Shown piece after piece: positions 21,498 through 33,865 of a stretch of DNA of 39,662 bases (position 1 is the stretch's first letter; each line of letters opens with the position of its first letter). A program made the translations under genes and the position numbers. The notes under the pieces were generated by a model. The model was not told the DNA's origin, ran no database searches, and worked only from the letters and a program-made list of their open reading frames with translations. Location of the stretch: NCBI RefSeq assembly GCF_001194135.2, contig NC_068988.1, forward strand, positions 19,352,974-19,392,635. The letters are read 5' to 3'. This DNA is from Octopus bimaculoides. Its lineage: Eukaryota.

Positions 21498-21576
<79 letters not shown>

Positions 21577-22198
21577 NNNNNNNNNNNNNNNNNNNNNNNN
21601 NNNNNNNNNNNNNNNNNNNNNNNNNNNNNNNNNNNNNNNNNNNNNNNNNNNNNNNNNNNNNNNNNNNNNNNNNNNNNNNNNNNNNNNNNNNNNNNNNNNN
21701 NNNNNNNNNNNNNNNNNNNNNNNNNNNNNNNNNNNNNNNNNNNNNNNNNNNNNNNNNNNNNNNNNNNNNNNNNNNNNNNNNNNNNNNNNNNNNNNNNNNN
21801 NNNNNNNNNNNNNNNNNNNNNNNNNNNNNNNNNNNNNNNNNNNNNNNNNNNNNNNNNNNNNNNNNNNNNNNNNNNNNNNNNNNNNNNNNNNNNNNNNNNN
21901 NNNNNNNNNNNNNNNNNNNNNNNNNNNNNNNNNNNNNNNNNNNNNNNNNNNNNNNNNNNNNNNNNNNNNNNNNNNNNNNNNNNNNNNNNNNNNNNNNNNN
22001 NNNNNNNNNNNNNNAGGCGTCCATATTGAATTCTTCTGTGGGGCAGTGTCCTCAACCGATTTCTGGCGATTTTCCAAAAGAAGCTGTACTAGCCCTTACG
22101 GAAAAAAGCGACGTACGGGAGGCAACTTATCTGTACAGATAAATTCCTCTATTTACATAATATCGAGGTCTCTTTCTTTCTTTTGTTGTCCTTTCTAT

Positions 22199-22246
<48 letters not shown>

Positions 22247-22899
22247 ATATATATATACATTTCATGCGTGTATCCGTGCATCACTTTATTCGTCAGTTAA
22301 AAATGTACGATTCTTTGCGTGTGAGTGCGTGTGTGCACTTGGATGGATGTACTCGACTATATGTCTTGGTGCATGTATATATGCGTGCGTTCCTGTGAAA
22401 ATATGAATTCCTATACCTACCTGTGTTAGTACATATTAAGTGCGCGTATAATCTAATGAGATTGTTTTTTGAGATACCACACCTCCAACGTTCTAGATAC
22501 CAATGTGATTAAACTGTTCGATAGAACTGGTAACTCTATTAGTCAGTGTCTAGTCGACACAGCACTTCAGCGGTGCCAGCGACTTAAGTATCCGTAAGAG
22601 TGTATCTGTGTAAAAGATCAACGTAAACGTGTTTATATGTGAATATTTATCTACGTACTTGTATATGCATCTGTAAAAGCAAGTTTATTTGCACGTGTCT
22701 GTGGGAATATGTTCGTATGTGAATGTCTGTTTTGTATGTTTGTAAATATGTATGAGTGTGTAAGCTTGCGAATAAGCGTTTATGTAAATATGTGCGTATT
22801 TGCGCATACGCGTGTATGCATATTAGTGTGGATGTAAACACGTATTTCATTAAGTGGAAAGAACATATAACACTTGGAGAGAAGGTGTCAGTGATGGTG

Positions 22900-23090
22900 T
22901 TACCGGAGGGGTATCTGCTGCGCGGACCAGGGCGAATCTACACAGATGATTCGATTTTGTCATCTCATAGAGATAAGGTATATCAGATGTGTCGCTCAGA
23001 AGGTCATATCAGTCTGTTGTTGCCTATTAGACTGCTCACAGAATGGTGCTAACGAAATTGAAATCTATATCATAACAATCATTCAAAACC
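22900..23090 (+). mobile_element. Very decayed reverse-transcriptase fragment (CR1/L2-like)
   Basis: RIYTDDSIL...LLTEWC*RN resembles YADDS/T-xL followed by the W-x-x-N motif. Confidence 0.3.
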
Positions 23091-23257
23091 TAAAGAAAAG
23101 GGATTAAATACGAAACAGCTTTCAGATCGCAATACTAATAAAACTGTAAACAAAATTGTTTGTAAACAAGTCGTTTGTAAAATCTTGATTGAAAAGGAGA
23201 GAAATCATCTCATATCAGTGTTGACATATATATGTGTGTGTATGCGTGTGTGCGTGT

Positions 23258-23290
<33 letters not shown>

Positions 23291-24189
23291 NNNNNNNNNN
23301 NNNNNNNNNNNNNNNNNNNNNNNNNNNNNNNNNNNNNNNNNNNNNNNNNNNNNNNNNNNNNNNNNNNNNNNNNNNNNNNNNNNNNNNNNNNNNNNNNNNN
23401 NNNNNNNNNNNNNNNNNNNNNNNNNNNNNNNNNNNNNNNNNNNNNNNNNNTATATATTTATATATCTATGTATATGTTGATAAGAGATATGTATATGTTT
23501 GTCCACTAATCCTTCACAAATATTCCTTATATCATAATTCAGGTATTGTCTGACTTATACTCTAAGGCACTCAAAAGTAGTCCACATTAATTATAAATTT
23601 TTCGAGCCATATTTTTGCTGATCTAGAATATGCTTTCAACATCATCTTACAGCTTTTCTAAAAGTTAATATAAATGGATCACATTTCCTCAGTAATCCAG
23701 AAATGCCCCCACCCCCAGTTGCCGGCACCAATGCAATTAATAGGGATAGATTGTGAGAGATGTCTTACTTGTAATACAAAAATGTGTTAAAGCTTGAAGC
23801 CTATATTAGCTATGAGTAATATGGCTTCATGAAAACGATCACACGATAAAGCTATGTTTGTAGAAAAGCGAATAAACCGGATTCTAATGTCAAATAAGGA
23901 GTTTATAATAAAATCAAATTAGAAGTAAACAAAGACCTAGCAATATGCAAAATCAATGGAGAATTGACAAAGCCTTAGAATTATCAGACTAGGTAGATAT
24001 GAAACAATTACGAATTGATTTGAATTTATTCAACAGGTCACTGGGTCCTCAAATATTGAAACAAAGCTAATTTAATCTATATGTCAATATTTTGCTTTAA
24101 TCAAAATTACTATAGAAGTAGCAAGAACAATTTAAATATTTACTTAATCGCCACTAAACTCGGCTGCATCACCTGATTACATTAACAAT

Positions 24190-25340
24190 GTCTCACACCA
24201 AGCAATATTTCTTTTCACTTAAATGTTCCATCGTCATTAGTCAAAATCTTACAGTAGTGTTTTAAAATTTCGAAATTTCTGCGGGAATTAGATCAAATTC
24301 TAGATCAAATTTGCCGAATGTGGCCATCATATACTTCTTACTAGCATTCATCAATTCATTTTCCAAATCTGAAAACACTGCAAAGTGCTTTCTAATTTGT
24401 AAAAGAGTTCATTGTAAAAAAATAATTTAGAATGAGTCGGCACACAATGAGGAAAATACTAAAGTATTTGTTCTACCTCCATATCTGGAAAAATTCTTGC
24501 AGAAATCTTTCGTGATATTCTGATTGCCATGTGTAGGACGAAGAGTCCCAGAAGGCAAATGTAAGTTTAAACCGGATTCTCGTACGTTCGATATGATTTA
24601 ATTCTTTTTACTGAGGTCTAATTCATAATAGTGGAGGCGCAATGGCTCAATGGTTAGGGCAGCGGACTCGCGGTCTGAGGATCGCGGTTTCGATTCCCAG
24701 ACCGGGCGTTGTGAGTGTTTATTGAGCGAAAACACCTAAAGCTCCAAGACGCTCCTGCAGGGGGGGGACCCCTGTTGAACTCTTTCGCCCCAACTTTCTT
24801 TCACTCTTTCTTCCTGCGATGGACTGGCGTCCCGTCCAGCTGGGGGGAACACATACGCCATAGAAACCGGGAAACCAGGCCCATGAACCTGGCTAGGCTT
24901 TGAAAGGGCGAAAGAAATTAATAATAGCTTTCTATTATAGCATCTTTGTCGATAAACTTCAGTCTTGTATGATCTTGTCAGCACTTACAGTTCGTTGGTA
25001 CATGACACTACGAGGAAGATTTTGGAAGTTTTTGGAAATCTGCCTCACATTTTAAGACAGAACAGATAATCTGCAGAGTATAACTTTGTTCATATATCCT
25101 ATTTGAACGAGTAGTAGCAAATATTCGAACGCAGTCCTTTATGAAGAAGAGTGATTATTCATACTCTTATGTTGTTCAATTCAAACCTTGTATGTATTCG
25201 CTAATCAAGAACTCAATTTCCAACTAAGAAAACCCATCCGGTATGAATATGCTGGGTCATTCACACTTTTCATCTTTAACCGCTTGCTTGGCGAATTTCG
25301 TGTTGTTGAAACTATCGTTTTATTTATCACGTGTTGCGTG
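24190..25340 (+). mobile_element. Decayed RTE (BovB-like) LINE RT region, interrupted by SINE-C
   Basis: Y*SICSTSISGKILAEIF (~YRGISLLSIAGKILARIL), RVPEGKCKFKPDSRTFDMI (~LPESQCGFRPGRSTxDMI), IFVD, and IRYEYAGSFTLFIFNRL (~IRYRxDGxLFNLxRL) occur in the correct order; many stops. Confidence 0.75.
24632..24915 (+). mobile_element. SINE-C head with an alternative tail (type 2) and ~12-bp TSD
   Basis: First ~160 nt match 13832-14015, then CTGCGATGGACTGGCGTCCCGTCCAG...TAGAAACCGGGAAACC. TSD AATT(C/A)ATAATAG at 24620-24631 and 24916-24927. Confidence 0.9.
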
Positions 25341-25959
25341 AATTATAAGTGAAGACAAGCAAAATTTGTCCACCTTGTGTACCCTATTCTTCTGATAAAG
25401 AATCAACATTATTTTACAAATTTTGTTTTATGTTGGGATCTGGTTTGGAATATAAATAAATCAGATTTCTTCTATAATGCGGGGAAGTATTCCAAATATC
25501 GTTACCAGCATTGCGGGAGTTATTCTACTTGTGGTACAAAGTTTATACCAAAAGTTTTAAAACTATATATTAACTATTATGCCATATTGTTTAAAAGAAA
25601 ACAAGTCAAATGTAATCATTTCGATCACTGAGTTTTTTCTCTTCCTTTTTATCATATATTTCAAGAACACCAAAGTATTTCCAACGTTAACAATTTTCAA
25701 ACTTCTACCTAATATGTAGAAGCATTACTTTTAGCCTAGATATATCACCATATTAACTGAAAAAAGTTATTAAATTCAGTTTTTTTCTTTTTATCTGAGA
25801 ACTCTGTTTTATCATCGACAAACATATTTCATTCGAGTTCCTTGCTGATATGGATTATATAAAAAAATACGGTTGGTTTAGTTCGAAGGTAAACAGAAGC
25901 ACAAAGAGTGTATTCTTGGAATATTCGGTAATACGTATGAAATTTATATAGCATCAACA

Positions 25960-25962
<3 letters not shown>

Positions 25963-26054
<92 letters not shown>
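25963..26054. repeat. (TG)n microsatellite
   Basis: Direct reading. Confidence 0.98.
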
Positions 26055-26058
<4 letters not shown>

Positions 26059-28203
26059 CATTCTCTGAAGTTTTTTGCATTAGATTTGCTTTTTCATCTC
26101 AGAACATTATTTTATTCATTTATAATTATCCAGTGAGAGATTCTACATACTCATCTACTATCTGTCACCTCTGTGCACAAAAAAAAACTTTGTTCAACTG
26201 GTGGAGGAATCGATTTAAAGACATGTGTAATACTTGCGTATGAGGTTCAATCAAGTGATTGATGTAGAGTATCTTGTTACGTAGGTGTTTTCATTCTTTG
26301 GGTACAAAATTAGCCTGTAGTATGGCAAACCTGTTTATTACATTAATTTTGGCTTTAATGTTATTTTCATATGTAGAGTCGAGAGATCTTCTGTGAATAG
26401 TCAGTCTCTTGTACCAGTATTTTCTTGGTGCAGTTAACACAGCTTCAAAACCACGAAACCTAATAATTATATTTATTGTTTAATGTAACACAGTAATTTT
26501 CCTTAGTATATTATTATACAATACATTGTGATGGCAGAATACTTTTTCATAACAGATCGTGAAGAAATGGCTTAAGATGTTCTTGAGGGGCCTCTTTATT
26601 TTAAAGTGGAGTTATCTTTCATATTTTCATTTAAACGTGTATTTAAATTGAAAAGAATGCTTAAAGATAACAAGAAAGATGTGCAAATAATTTTCCTTTA
26701 TGCTTCCTGCATACAAACACAAGTAGACCTCTTCCCATCTTGTTGGTAGAATAATGCCAAAATAAGCGTGTAGCACGGATATTGGGAACATTAACAAGAA
26801 ATACGACAGAATTCAGCATAGAAAATCATAGCGATCCATTGATACTAACCCATTACCTCCCATAATTCTATTAACTGGTATTTTTTTTGTGAAACTTTCA
26901 TTTTTAGCATAAAACAGCCTTAGAAACACGCTGGAATGATCAAAATAACATTTTAAATATGTTTCGTTAAACTTGTTTCGGTAAATTTACAGTGAAAAAT
27001 TAGCAAACTTCATTTGAATATCAGAGAAATATACCTAGTAGATATAGCAAAAAGGTTATATATGTGTAAATATTGACAGATAATAACGAAATTTGTGATT
27101 TTTAAGTGATCTCATACGAGATCACTGGTAGGGAATCGGTTAACCAAGACAACGACAACTGCTTATAAAATATACATACAAGACTCTACCAGATGTTCAT
27201 GTTTAAAAAAATTAAATAAATAATGGGCTGTAGAAAACTTTATAGAAAATGCATTAACATGTTTATATTTGTAAAGTTAATGTTATAGAAAATAATTAGA
27301 TCAAAATTAGAGTTAAAATAGGAATAGTTTTGTGTTTGAATAATATATCGAAATCTACATCAACAAACCTTTCCTGTTCCTTTTCTCATTGTTCTGTGTT
27401 AAAAGACGTCGGGAAAGAAAGTTAGAAGTGTTGGCTTGTGACTGGAAAAAATGGGACAAAACCAAGTCTTGCGTGTGTAAATATTTAAAAGTTGCTTCAA
27501 AGGTAAGCAGATTCTGATTTTTTAAAAACTTATTGAGCGTGCGAACATACAGAAACACACACACACAAATTTATTTTCTCTGTCTGAGAATTTCATAATG
27601 GAAATTCCTTACCTGTCTATCTAACCTGTCAAACTTTGTAATTCCTATTAGCAAACGCGTATATTAATGAATAAATGATACCAAAAATTTCCAATTTCCT
27701 GCTTTGTTTTATATATATATATATATAATGTAAAGATACAAAGGCACTCTACTGCTACTAGTAAGATGTAACCGAGAACACCCCACCGCGTGCTCGGTCC
27801 ATCGACGATTAAATCAAGACCTCTGCGAAATTTCTTTGGTAATGATTGTGCTTTTTGTTGCACATCCTGCAGGACGTAAAGTAAACATTATCAACGAACG
27901 GATGACCACAGTAGTGTCAACGGTCATCCAACAGCTGGGAGTGAGAAACCCATACTCATTGTTTTGATATCTTTGTAGGGAGGAGGACATTCCAATAGAA
28001 CATTCACTCCATTGTGAAGCCTGATAGCTAGCTCTCCTTTGTTCCTTGACTAATCGGATTTGTAGGTGAGAGTCTTAGTGGTATTATGCAAGATTATATT
28101 AACATTAAATATCCGCACGCGGATGAGCAACAAGCATTGTCTTCAACATATAGGATAAGTTAAATAGTCAGTAAGGTCATATTCTCTGCAATGTGACAAG
28201 CAT

Positions 28204-28204
<1 letters not shown>

Positions 28205-28263
<59 letters not shown>

Positions 28264-28280
28264 TACATACACACACACAA

Positions 28281-28313
<33 letters not shown>

Positions 28314-28348
28314 TATCTATATTTACGCATACAGATACACACACATAC
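28205..28348. repeat. (CA)n compound microsatellite
   Basis: Direct reading. Confidence 0.95.
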
Positions 28349-29019
28349 AAGCTTATACTCATATATGTAATGCTTTTAAAATGTTCATTATTTCTTCCCT
28401 AGTGTACACATGTGCTCTTGATGCAATTATGTGCAACAAGTTAATAATAAACAAGTGTTTGCAAACGAATTGATATTGTAAAAATAATATTAAAACTGAA
28501 AATTGTAGTATAATAACTATGTCAGAGAGGAAAGTATAAAAGAATTACAGTAGACTAAAGTATGGTTCTATTATGAAATAATTTCATCACTGTATCATAG
28601 CGAATCATTCAGCGTATAGTTTCACTGAGCGTATCAGTTCAGCAAGACTGATTTTAAATGTTATATAATATAACGACCTATATATAACGGCTTTTTACAT
28701 TGTTTATAGGCAATTTAATTTAAACCACACTTTCATATTTTAAATATTTAACATTGAAGTACATCATAGTATTCTAAAGTGCCTGGTATCGTAATAAACA
28801 CTTGACGATCAAATGTTAATCTATGTGTGTTTAACCACTCTACAGTGAGAAAAAGATGAATACATGTACAGAGGCTTACAAGCGTAGATAAGCACTTTAA
28901 CACACGTGGATGCTTATAAATGCATATACATACATACACAACTTACAATGACAGATTCGATGTTGGGAAATGCAGTGACATAATCAGTGGGAGACTTTGT
29001 GATTTGACTTATATCTTAT

Positions 29020-29200
29020 ACTTGTTTCATCCCCTAAGCTGTGGTCATGCTGGGGCATCACTTTGAAGGGTTTAATCGAACAAATCGACCCTAATACTGT
29101 TCTCGAGCTCTGGTATTTATTCTATTGGTCTCTTTGGCTGAATAATTAACTTTCGAGGAAGTAAACAAACCACTACCGGTTGTCAAGCGACCAAACAGTA
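29020..29200 (-). mobile_element. Degenerate SINE-B 3' part
   Basis: GTGGTCATGCTGGGGCATCAC...AAATCGACCC...TATTCTATTGGTCTCTTTG. Confidence 0.7.
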
Positions 29201-29539
29201 AAGCAATATGCACATACGTACTTTTTATGCGTACATACTCCTACGTGCGCGCACACACACACACATTCATTTAGATAGATAAATATAGATATAGATATGT
29301 GTGTATGTGTGTACGAATGTGTGTCTATGTATATATATATATATATATGTTTGTATGTATGCATGCATGTCTGTATGTACTTGCTTACTTGTTTGTTAAT
29401 GACGTCCCATTAAAGCGGATGACAGCGTTGATCCACGTCATTCATTCTTCTCCGCCTCCAGCGTGTTGTCTCTTATCGGAGGTGATATAGCTGGTAATAT
29501 CTATACGAGATAAACAGAACCTGTGGTATGTTTCCCGAC

Positions 29540-30770
29540 GGCTTTTGGATAACAATAATATTGACATCAAGCGACACCCCTCTTGCACTCTCTCGTGATC
29601 AGTACATCACACATCGGAAGCTACGAATTTGCAATTCATGAACAAGACATTGCTTCGAAATATCTAATAAATTAAAGAGAGAGAGTGAAGATCTTGGAGT
29701 TCTAAGATGCAAATGTAGATTATGTCATACTTCTGTGGAAGACATCCCACATAAGATTAGCAGCTGCTCAAAAATGTCATCAAGGCACTAAGCGACACAA
29801 CATTGTGGTAAAAATAATGCACAATGCCATACTCTTTTACTCTTTTATTTGTTTCAGTCATTTGACTGCGGCCATGCTGGAGCACCGCCTTTAGTCGAGC
29901 AAATCGACCCCAGGACTTTGTAAGCCTAGTACTTATTCTATCGGTCTCTTTTGCCGAACCGCTAAGTTACGGGGCGTAAACACACCAGCATCGGTTATCA
30001 AGTGATGTTGGGAGGGCGGGGGGCACAGCCACACAAACATATACACACACATTCATACATATATATACATATATACGACGGGTTTCTTTCAGTTTTCCGT
30101 CTACCAAATCCATTCAAAAGGCTTTGGTCGGCCCGAGGCTGTAGTAGAAGACACTTGCCCAAGGTGCCACGCAGTGGGACTGAAACCAGGACCATGCGGT
30201 TGGTTAGCAAGCTACTTACCACCAGCCACTTCTGCGCCTATCCTGGAATAAATATTGAGAATCCCCATGAACACACGAACACGAGGAATATTAGTGAAAC
30301 ATTACCGTCAAAACATCGGTCATGTGTAAGTATAGCAGGGCGGGTGTTTGGGACAAACAAGAAAAAGTAAGTACCGTCATAGAGGTCAGCTGTCCTGTTA
30401 ATATGAATATATACTTGAAAATCAAAGAAAGAGAGGATAACTGTGGACAAATTCTTTGAAACCTCCAGCTTCTATATTCAGATAATAAATGCACGTTTAT
30501 ACCAATAACAATTGGTACGTTTGGTTTTGTGAGTAAAATGCTTAACTGACAATTTGGATAAGGCTAGAGTTTTCAGAAAATGACATCAACCAACTAACTC
30601 GCACATTACATTGCAATCTGTAGGTGAACAGTTAAAATGTGCTAGACTTTTCTCAAGTGTAAAATGTAGCCGTTCTTTTCATTATCTACATTCATTCCAA
30701 AGATAGAGCTGAGTATCTTTTTTAGAAACCAGCTCCTTCCTCGGAGGAAGAATTTACATAATTAAAAGCA
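29540..30770 (+). mobile_element. Decayed RLE non-LTR retrotransposon family A, copy 2, split by SINE-B
   Basis: KCRLCHTSVEDIPHKISSCSKMSSR, RHNIVVK..HNAI, VWDKQEKVSTVIEVSCPVN, FIPITIGTFG. 3' UTR homologous to ~1330-1420, followed by CA repeats. Confidence 0.85.
29832..30241 (-). mobile_element. Full-length tRNA-derived SINE-B (CORE-like domain, internal CA/TA tract, AAAAGAGT-type tail repeats)
   Basis: Minus head ATAGGCGCAGAAGTGGCTGGTGGTAAG, box B-like GGTTTCAGTCCC, GGCACCTTGGGCAAGTGTCTTC. The empty site is visible in the paralog at ~890-905. Confidence 0.92.
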
Positions 30771-30900
30771 CAAGAGCGCAGACACACACACGCAAACACA
30801 CACACACATACACACACACACACACACATACACACCTCTGCGTGTGCACTCATTTACATGAACATAGACAACTATGCACGCGCATACGTACATACATACG

Positions 30901-30935
<35 letters not shown>

Positions 30936-31509
30936 NNNNNNNNNNNNNNNNNNNNNNNNNNNNNNNNNNNNNNNNNNNNNNNNNNNNNNNNNNNNNNNNN
31001 NNNNNNNNNNNNNNNNNNNNNNNNNNNNNNNNNNNNNNNNNNNNNNNNNNNNNNNNNNNNNNNNNNNNNNNNNNNNNNNNNNNNNNNNNNNNNNNNNNNN
31101 NNNNNNNNNNNNNNNNNNNNNNNNNNNNNNNNNNNNNNNNNNNNNNNNNNNNNNNNNNNNNNNNNNNNNNNNNNNNNNNNNNNNNNNNNNNNNNNNNNNN
31201 NNNNNNNNNNNNNNNNNNNNNNNNNNNNNNNNNNNNNNNNNNNNNNNNNNNNNNNNNNNNNNNNNNNNNNNNNNNNNNNNNNNNNNNNNNNNNNNNNNNN
31301 NNNNNNNNNNNNNNNNNNNNNNNNNNNNNNNNNNNNNNNNNNNNNNNNNNNNNNNNNNNNNNNNNNNNNNNNNNNNNNNNNNNNNNNNNNNNNNNNNNNN
31401 NNNNNNNNAACAATCTTGGGTATCATTTTCCTTCATCTGCATATTCACAATTGTGTAGGCCCACAAAAACACTCACATACGCCTTTAAATATTTACGTGA
31501 GTGTGCGCA

Positions 31510-31595
<86 letters not shown>

Positions 31596-32849
31596 AGCAT
31601 ATATATGTGCATCTATATGTATGTGTGTATGAACCTATATTTATATGTGCATATAACTTGTAGAGGTTAAGAAAGGAACCAGACAGGAAGCTTTAAGTTT
31701 CTAGTTTCAAACTGTATTGGAATTTTCTATTTCATTCTTCACTTTACGGTCAATAAAAGGAATATAGTAATATTGAGTCATGCATATTGATAACAATCAT
31801 ATAAAGAGATATTTTGTGTTCGAGACAGAAGTTTTATAAGTGGTTGCACTTTCTTTTATTTGATATGATTCTATTTCCGTGCGGTGTAGGGGTAAGAAAT
31901 TTAAAAGGCTCTACAGTGAAAGAAAGATTTATATATATATATATATACAGAGAGAGAGAGAGAGGAAGAAAGAGTAGCGTATGAAATTATTCTAACTATG
32001 CACAATTCTGTTGATTCGTTATTTGATTTTCGCATATTGGTATAGGGATGAATGTGTGTGTTGGTGTTTCTTTTGAAATTTATATGAGCGTGTTGGCAGA
32101 GATGTGGAGTTATATGAAGTCAGCAACAAAATAAAACCCAGTCAAGAAGAGAATGTGTGAAGGAGAAAAAGAGAATGGAAGGTGGGAAGGGAAAAATAGA
32201 AATATTCTAAACAGAAAAGTGGAAGAAAAAGATAACCAAGAAGCAAACTACTTAAAAAAAAAAAAAATGATAAAGGATTAACGTTCAAAAGCTGAAAAAT
32301 GATAGCCAGACAGTAAGAAAGCTCACTTTTCAACAGCTTAGTGGATATGTTCTTTCAAAAGGCATCATATAAATATACTGTATTAACGATCGAGAGAAAT
32401 ACGATAGGTTCTTTTTTTATTTCACCGCGTCATCAAAATTACATTTAAAATGTCATTCGAGAGTCATGCTGAGACTATGAGGAGCGGATAACGGGAACTA
32501 TATAGCGTTATGCATTGAAAAGGTATTATCGTTCGACACTTATAAGAAATTATATAATGATAGTATATTTAGATTTTGCTGACAAGTAACAACAATAATT
32601 TGACTTTTTAATTTTTCTTCGTGTGTATTAATCGGAGCTGTTAATGTATGAATTGTAAGTGCACTCCGTATTGAGTTACTTTTGTTTGATTGCCTTCAAT
32701 GAATTGATCCCAGTTTTAAAATCCACCTTTGTGAACTATAATTGATTTTAAATTGCTTTGAACTCGAGGGCCCGTTTTTGCTAAGAAAATCGATATGTCA
32801 TTGTAAACTTTCGCAACAGAAATAGAAAATTTGATATAGAAAAATAATA

Positions 32850-33050
32850 AAAGAAATTTACAAACGAGGACAATCAGAAGAGCTTCTTGCTTTTGGAAGG
32901 AAGTGGAATTAGATGCAATAGCAATATGTGAGATTGTGAGAGCAGACATGTAGCGAAACATATCTTAAAGGAAAATTCTTGGAAGAAGCAATTATATAAG
33001 TAAGGGAGAACTACAAAGAAACATGCGGGATGATTGAACATTGAATTATA
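32850..33050 (+). mobile_element. Possible APE-endonuclease N-terminal remnant of a LINE
   Basis: NLQTRT...KEVELDAIAICEIVR loosely fits N-x-x-T ... D-x-x-x-I-x-E-x-R. Confidence 0.2.
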
Positions 33051-33256
33051 ACTATAATATTGGACGATTTGTTTCAAACAAATTCATTGTATCTGCTCAA
33101 GTATCAGACGTTTTAGAAGGTTTAAAATTTTGTTCAATATTTCAGAATAATATGAAGAAAGAAAATGTTGTTTACTATATAGTTGAAATATAATATTTAT
33201 AAATATAAATATATACACACGCACATTCATGCGCACTTTCATACATATTTATATGT

Positions 33257-33454
33257 TATTTCTTTACTACCCACAAGGGGCTACATACAGAGGGGACAAA
33301 CAAGGACAGACAAACGAATTAAGTCGATTATATCGACCCAAGTGCATAACTGGTACTTATTTAATCGAGCCCGAAAGGATGAAAGGCAAAGTCAACCTCG
33401 GCGGAATTTGAACTCAGAACTTAGCAACTGATGAAACACCGCTAAGCATTTCGC
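33257..33454 (-). mobile_element. 5'-truncated SINE-A (tail variant 1)
   Basis: Matches the reverse complement of ~16930-17128. Confidence 0.9.
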
Positions 33455-33714
33455 ATGTTTTATGTACATATGTATAGACATTATTTTGCTTAAACATAGA
33501 GATAGTAATAAACAGTTAAATCTCAATATATGGCGTAAAGCTTTAGGCGAGTACAGGGCGTTATGTTAATTAAGTAAAGACAAAAGAATAGGAGTTACAT
33601 AACCACCTTCATTAGAATATAGCTGTTTCTGTTATACGAAGGAATTCACTCACAGAACAGTACTCTCGCTTCTGAGTGTACATACATATGTATGCACACA
33701 TATATATACATATA

Positions 33715-33827
33715 CAGGGTGTCCACAAAGTCTGGGTACATGGAGTATATAAAATCATAACATAATTAAATATAAGAAATAATTTCTTAAAGTGTTAATC
33801 TCATGTACTTAGACTTTGTGGACACCC

Positions 33828-33829
<2 letters not shown>
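33715..33829. mobile_element. 115-bp Tc1/mariner-type MITE with ~28-bp TIRs and TA flanks
   Basis: Left TA|CAGGGTGTCCACAAAGTCTGGGTACATG; right CATGTACTTAGACTTTGTGGACACCCTA|TA. Confidence 0.85.

Positions 33830-33865
<36 letters not shown>

Noticed and set aside
22015-22130. GC-richer segment with open frames next to a gap
   Set aside because: Truncated by the gap, with no recognisable motif in any frame.
24289-24312. 12-bp tandem duplication TAGATCAAATT(C/T), and the 19-bp tandem at ~3494-3531
   Set aside because: Ordinary slippage duplications inside decayed retroelements.
27873-27940. Exon-like segment (GRKVNIINERMTTVVSTVIQQLG), and an alternative minus-strand acceptor at the same CTGCAG
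   Set aside because: No recognisable protein similarity and no compatible neighbouring exons; equally plausible on both strands, suggesting chance.
1562-31670. Long ORFs (180-325 aa) in the ORF track
   Set aside because: They are translations through N-gaps or TA/CA/GAT/AAT microsatellites (poly-X, YI, HT, CV, D, M, I) and are not genes.
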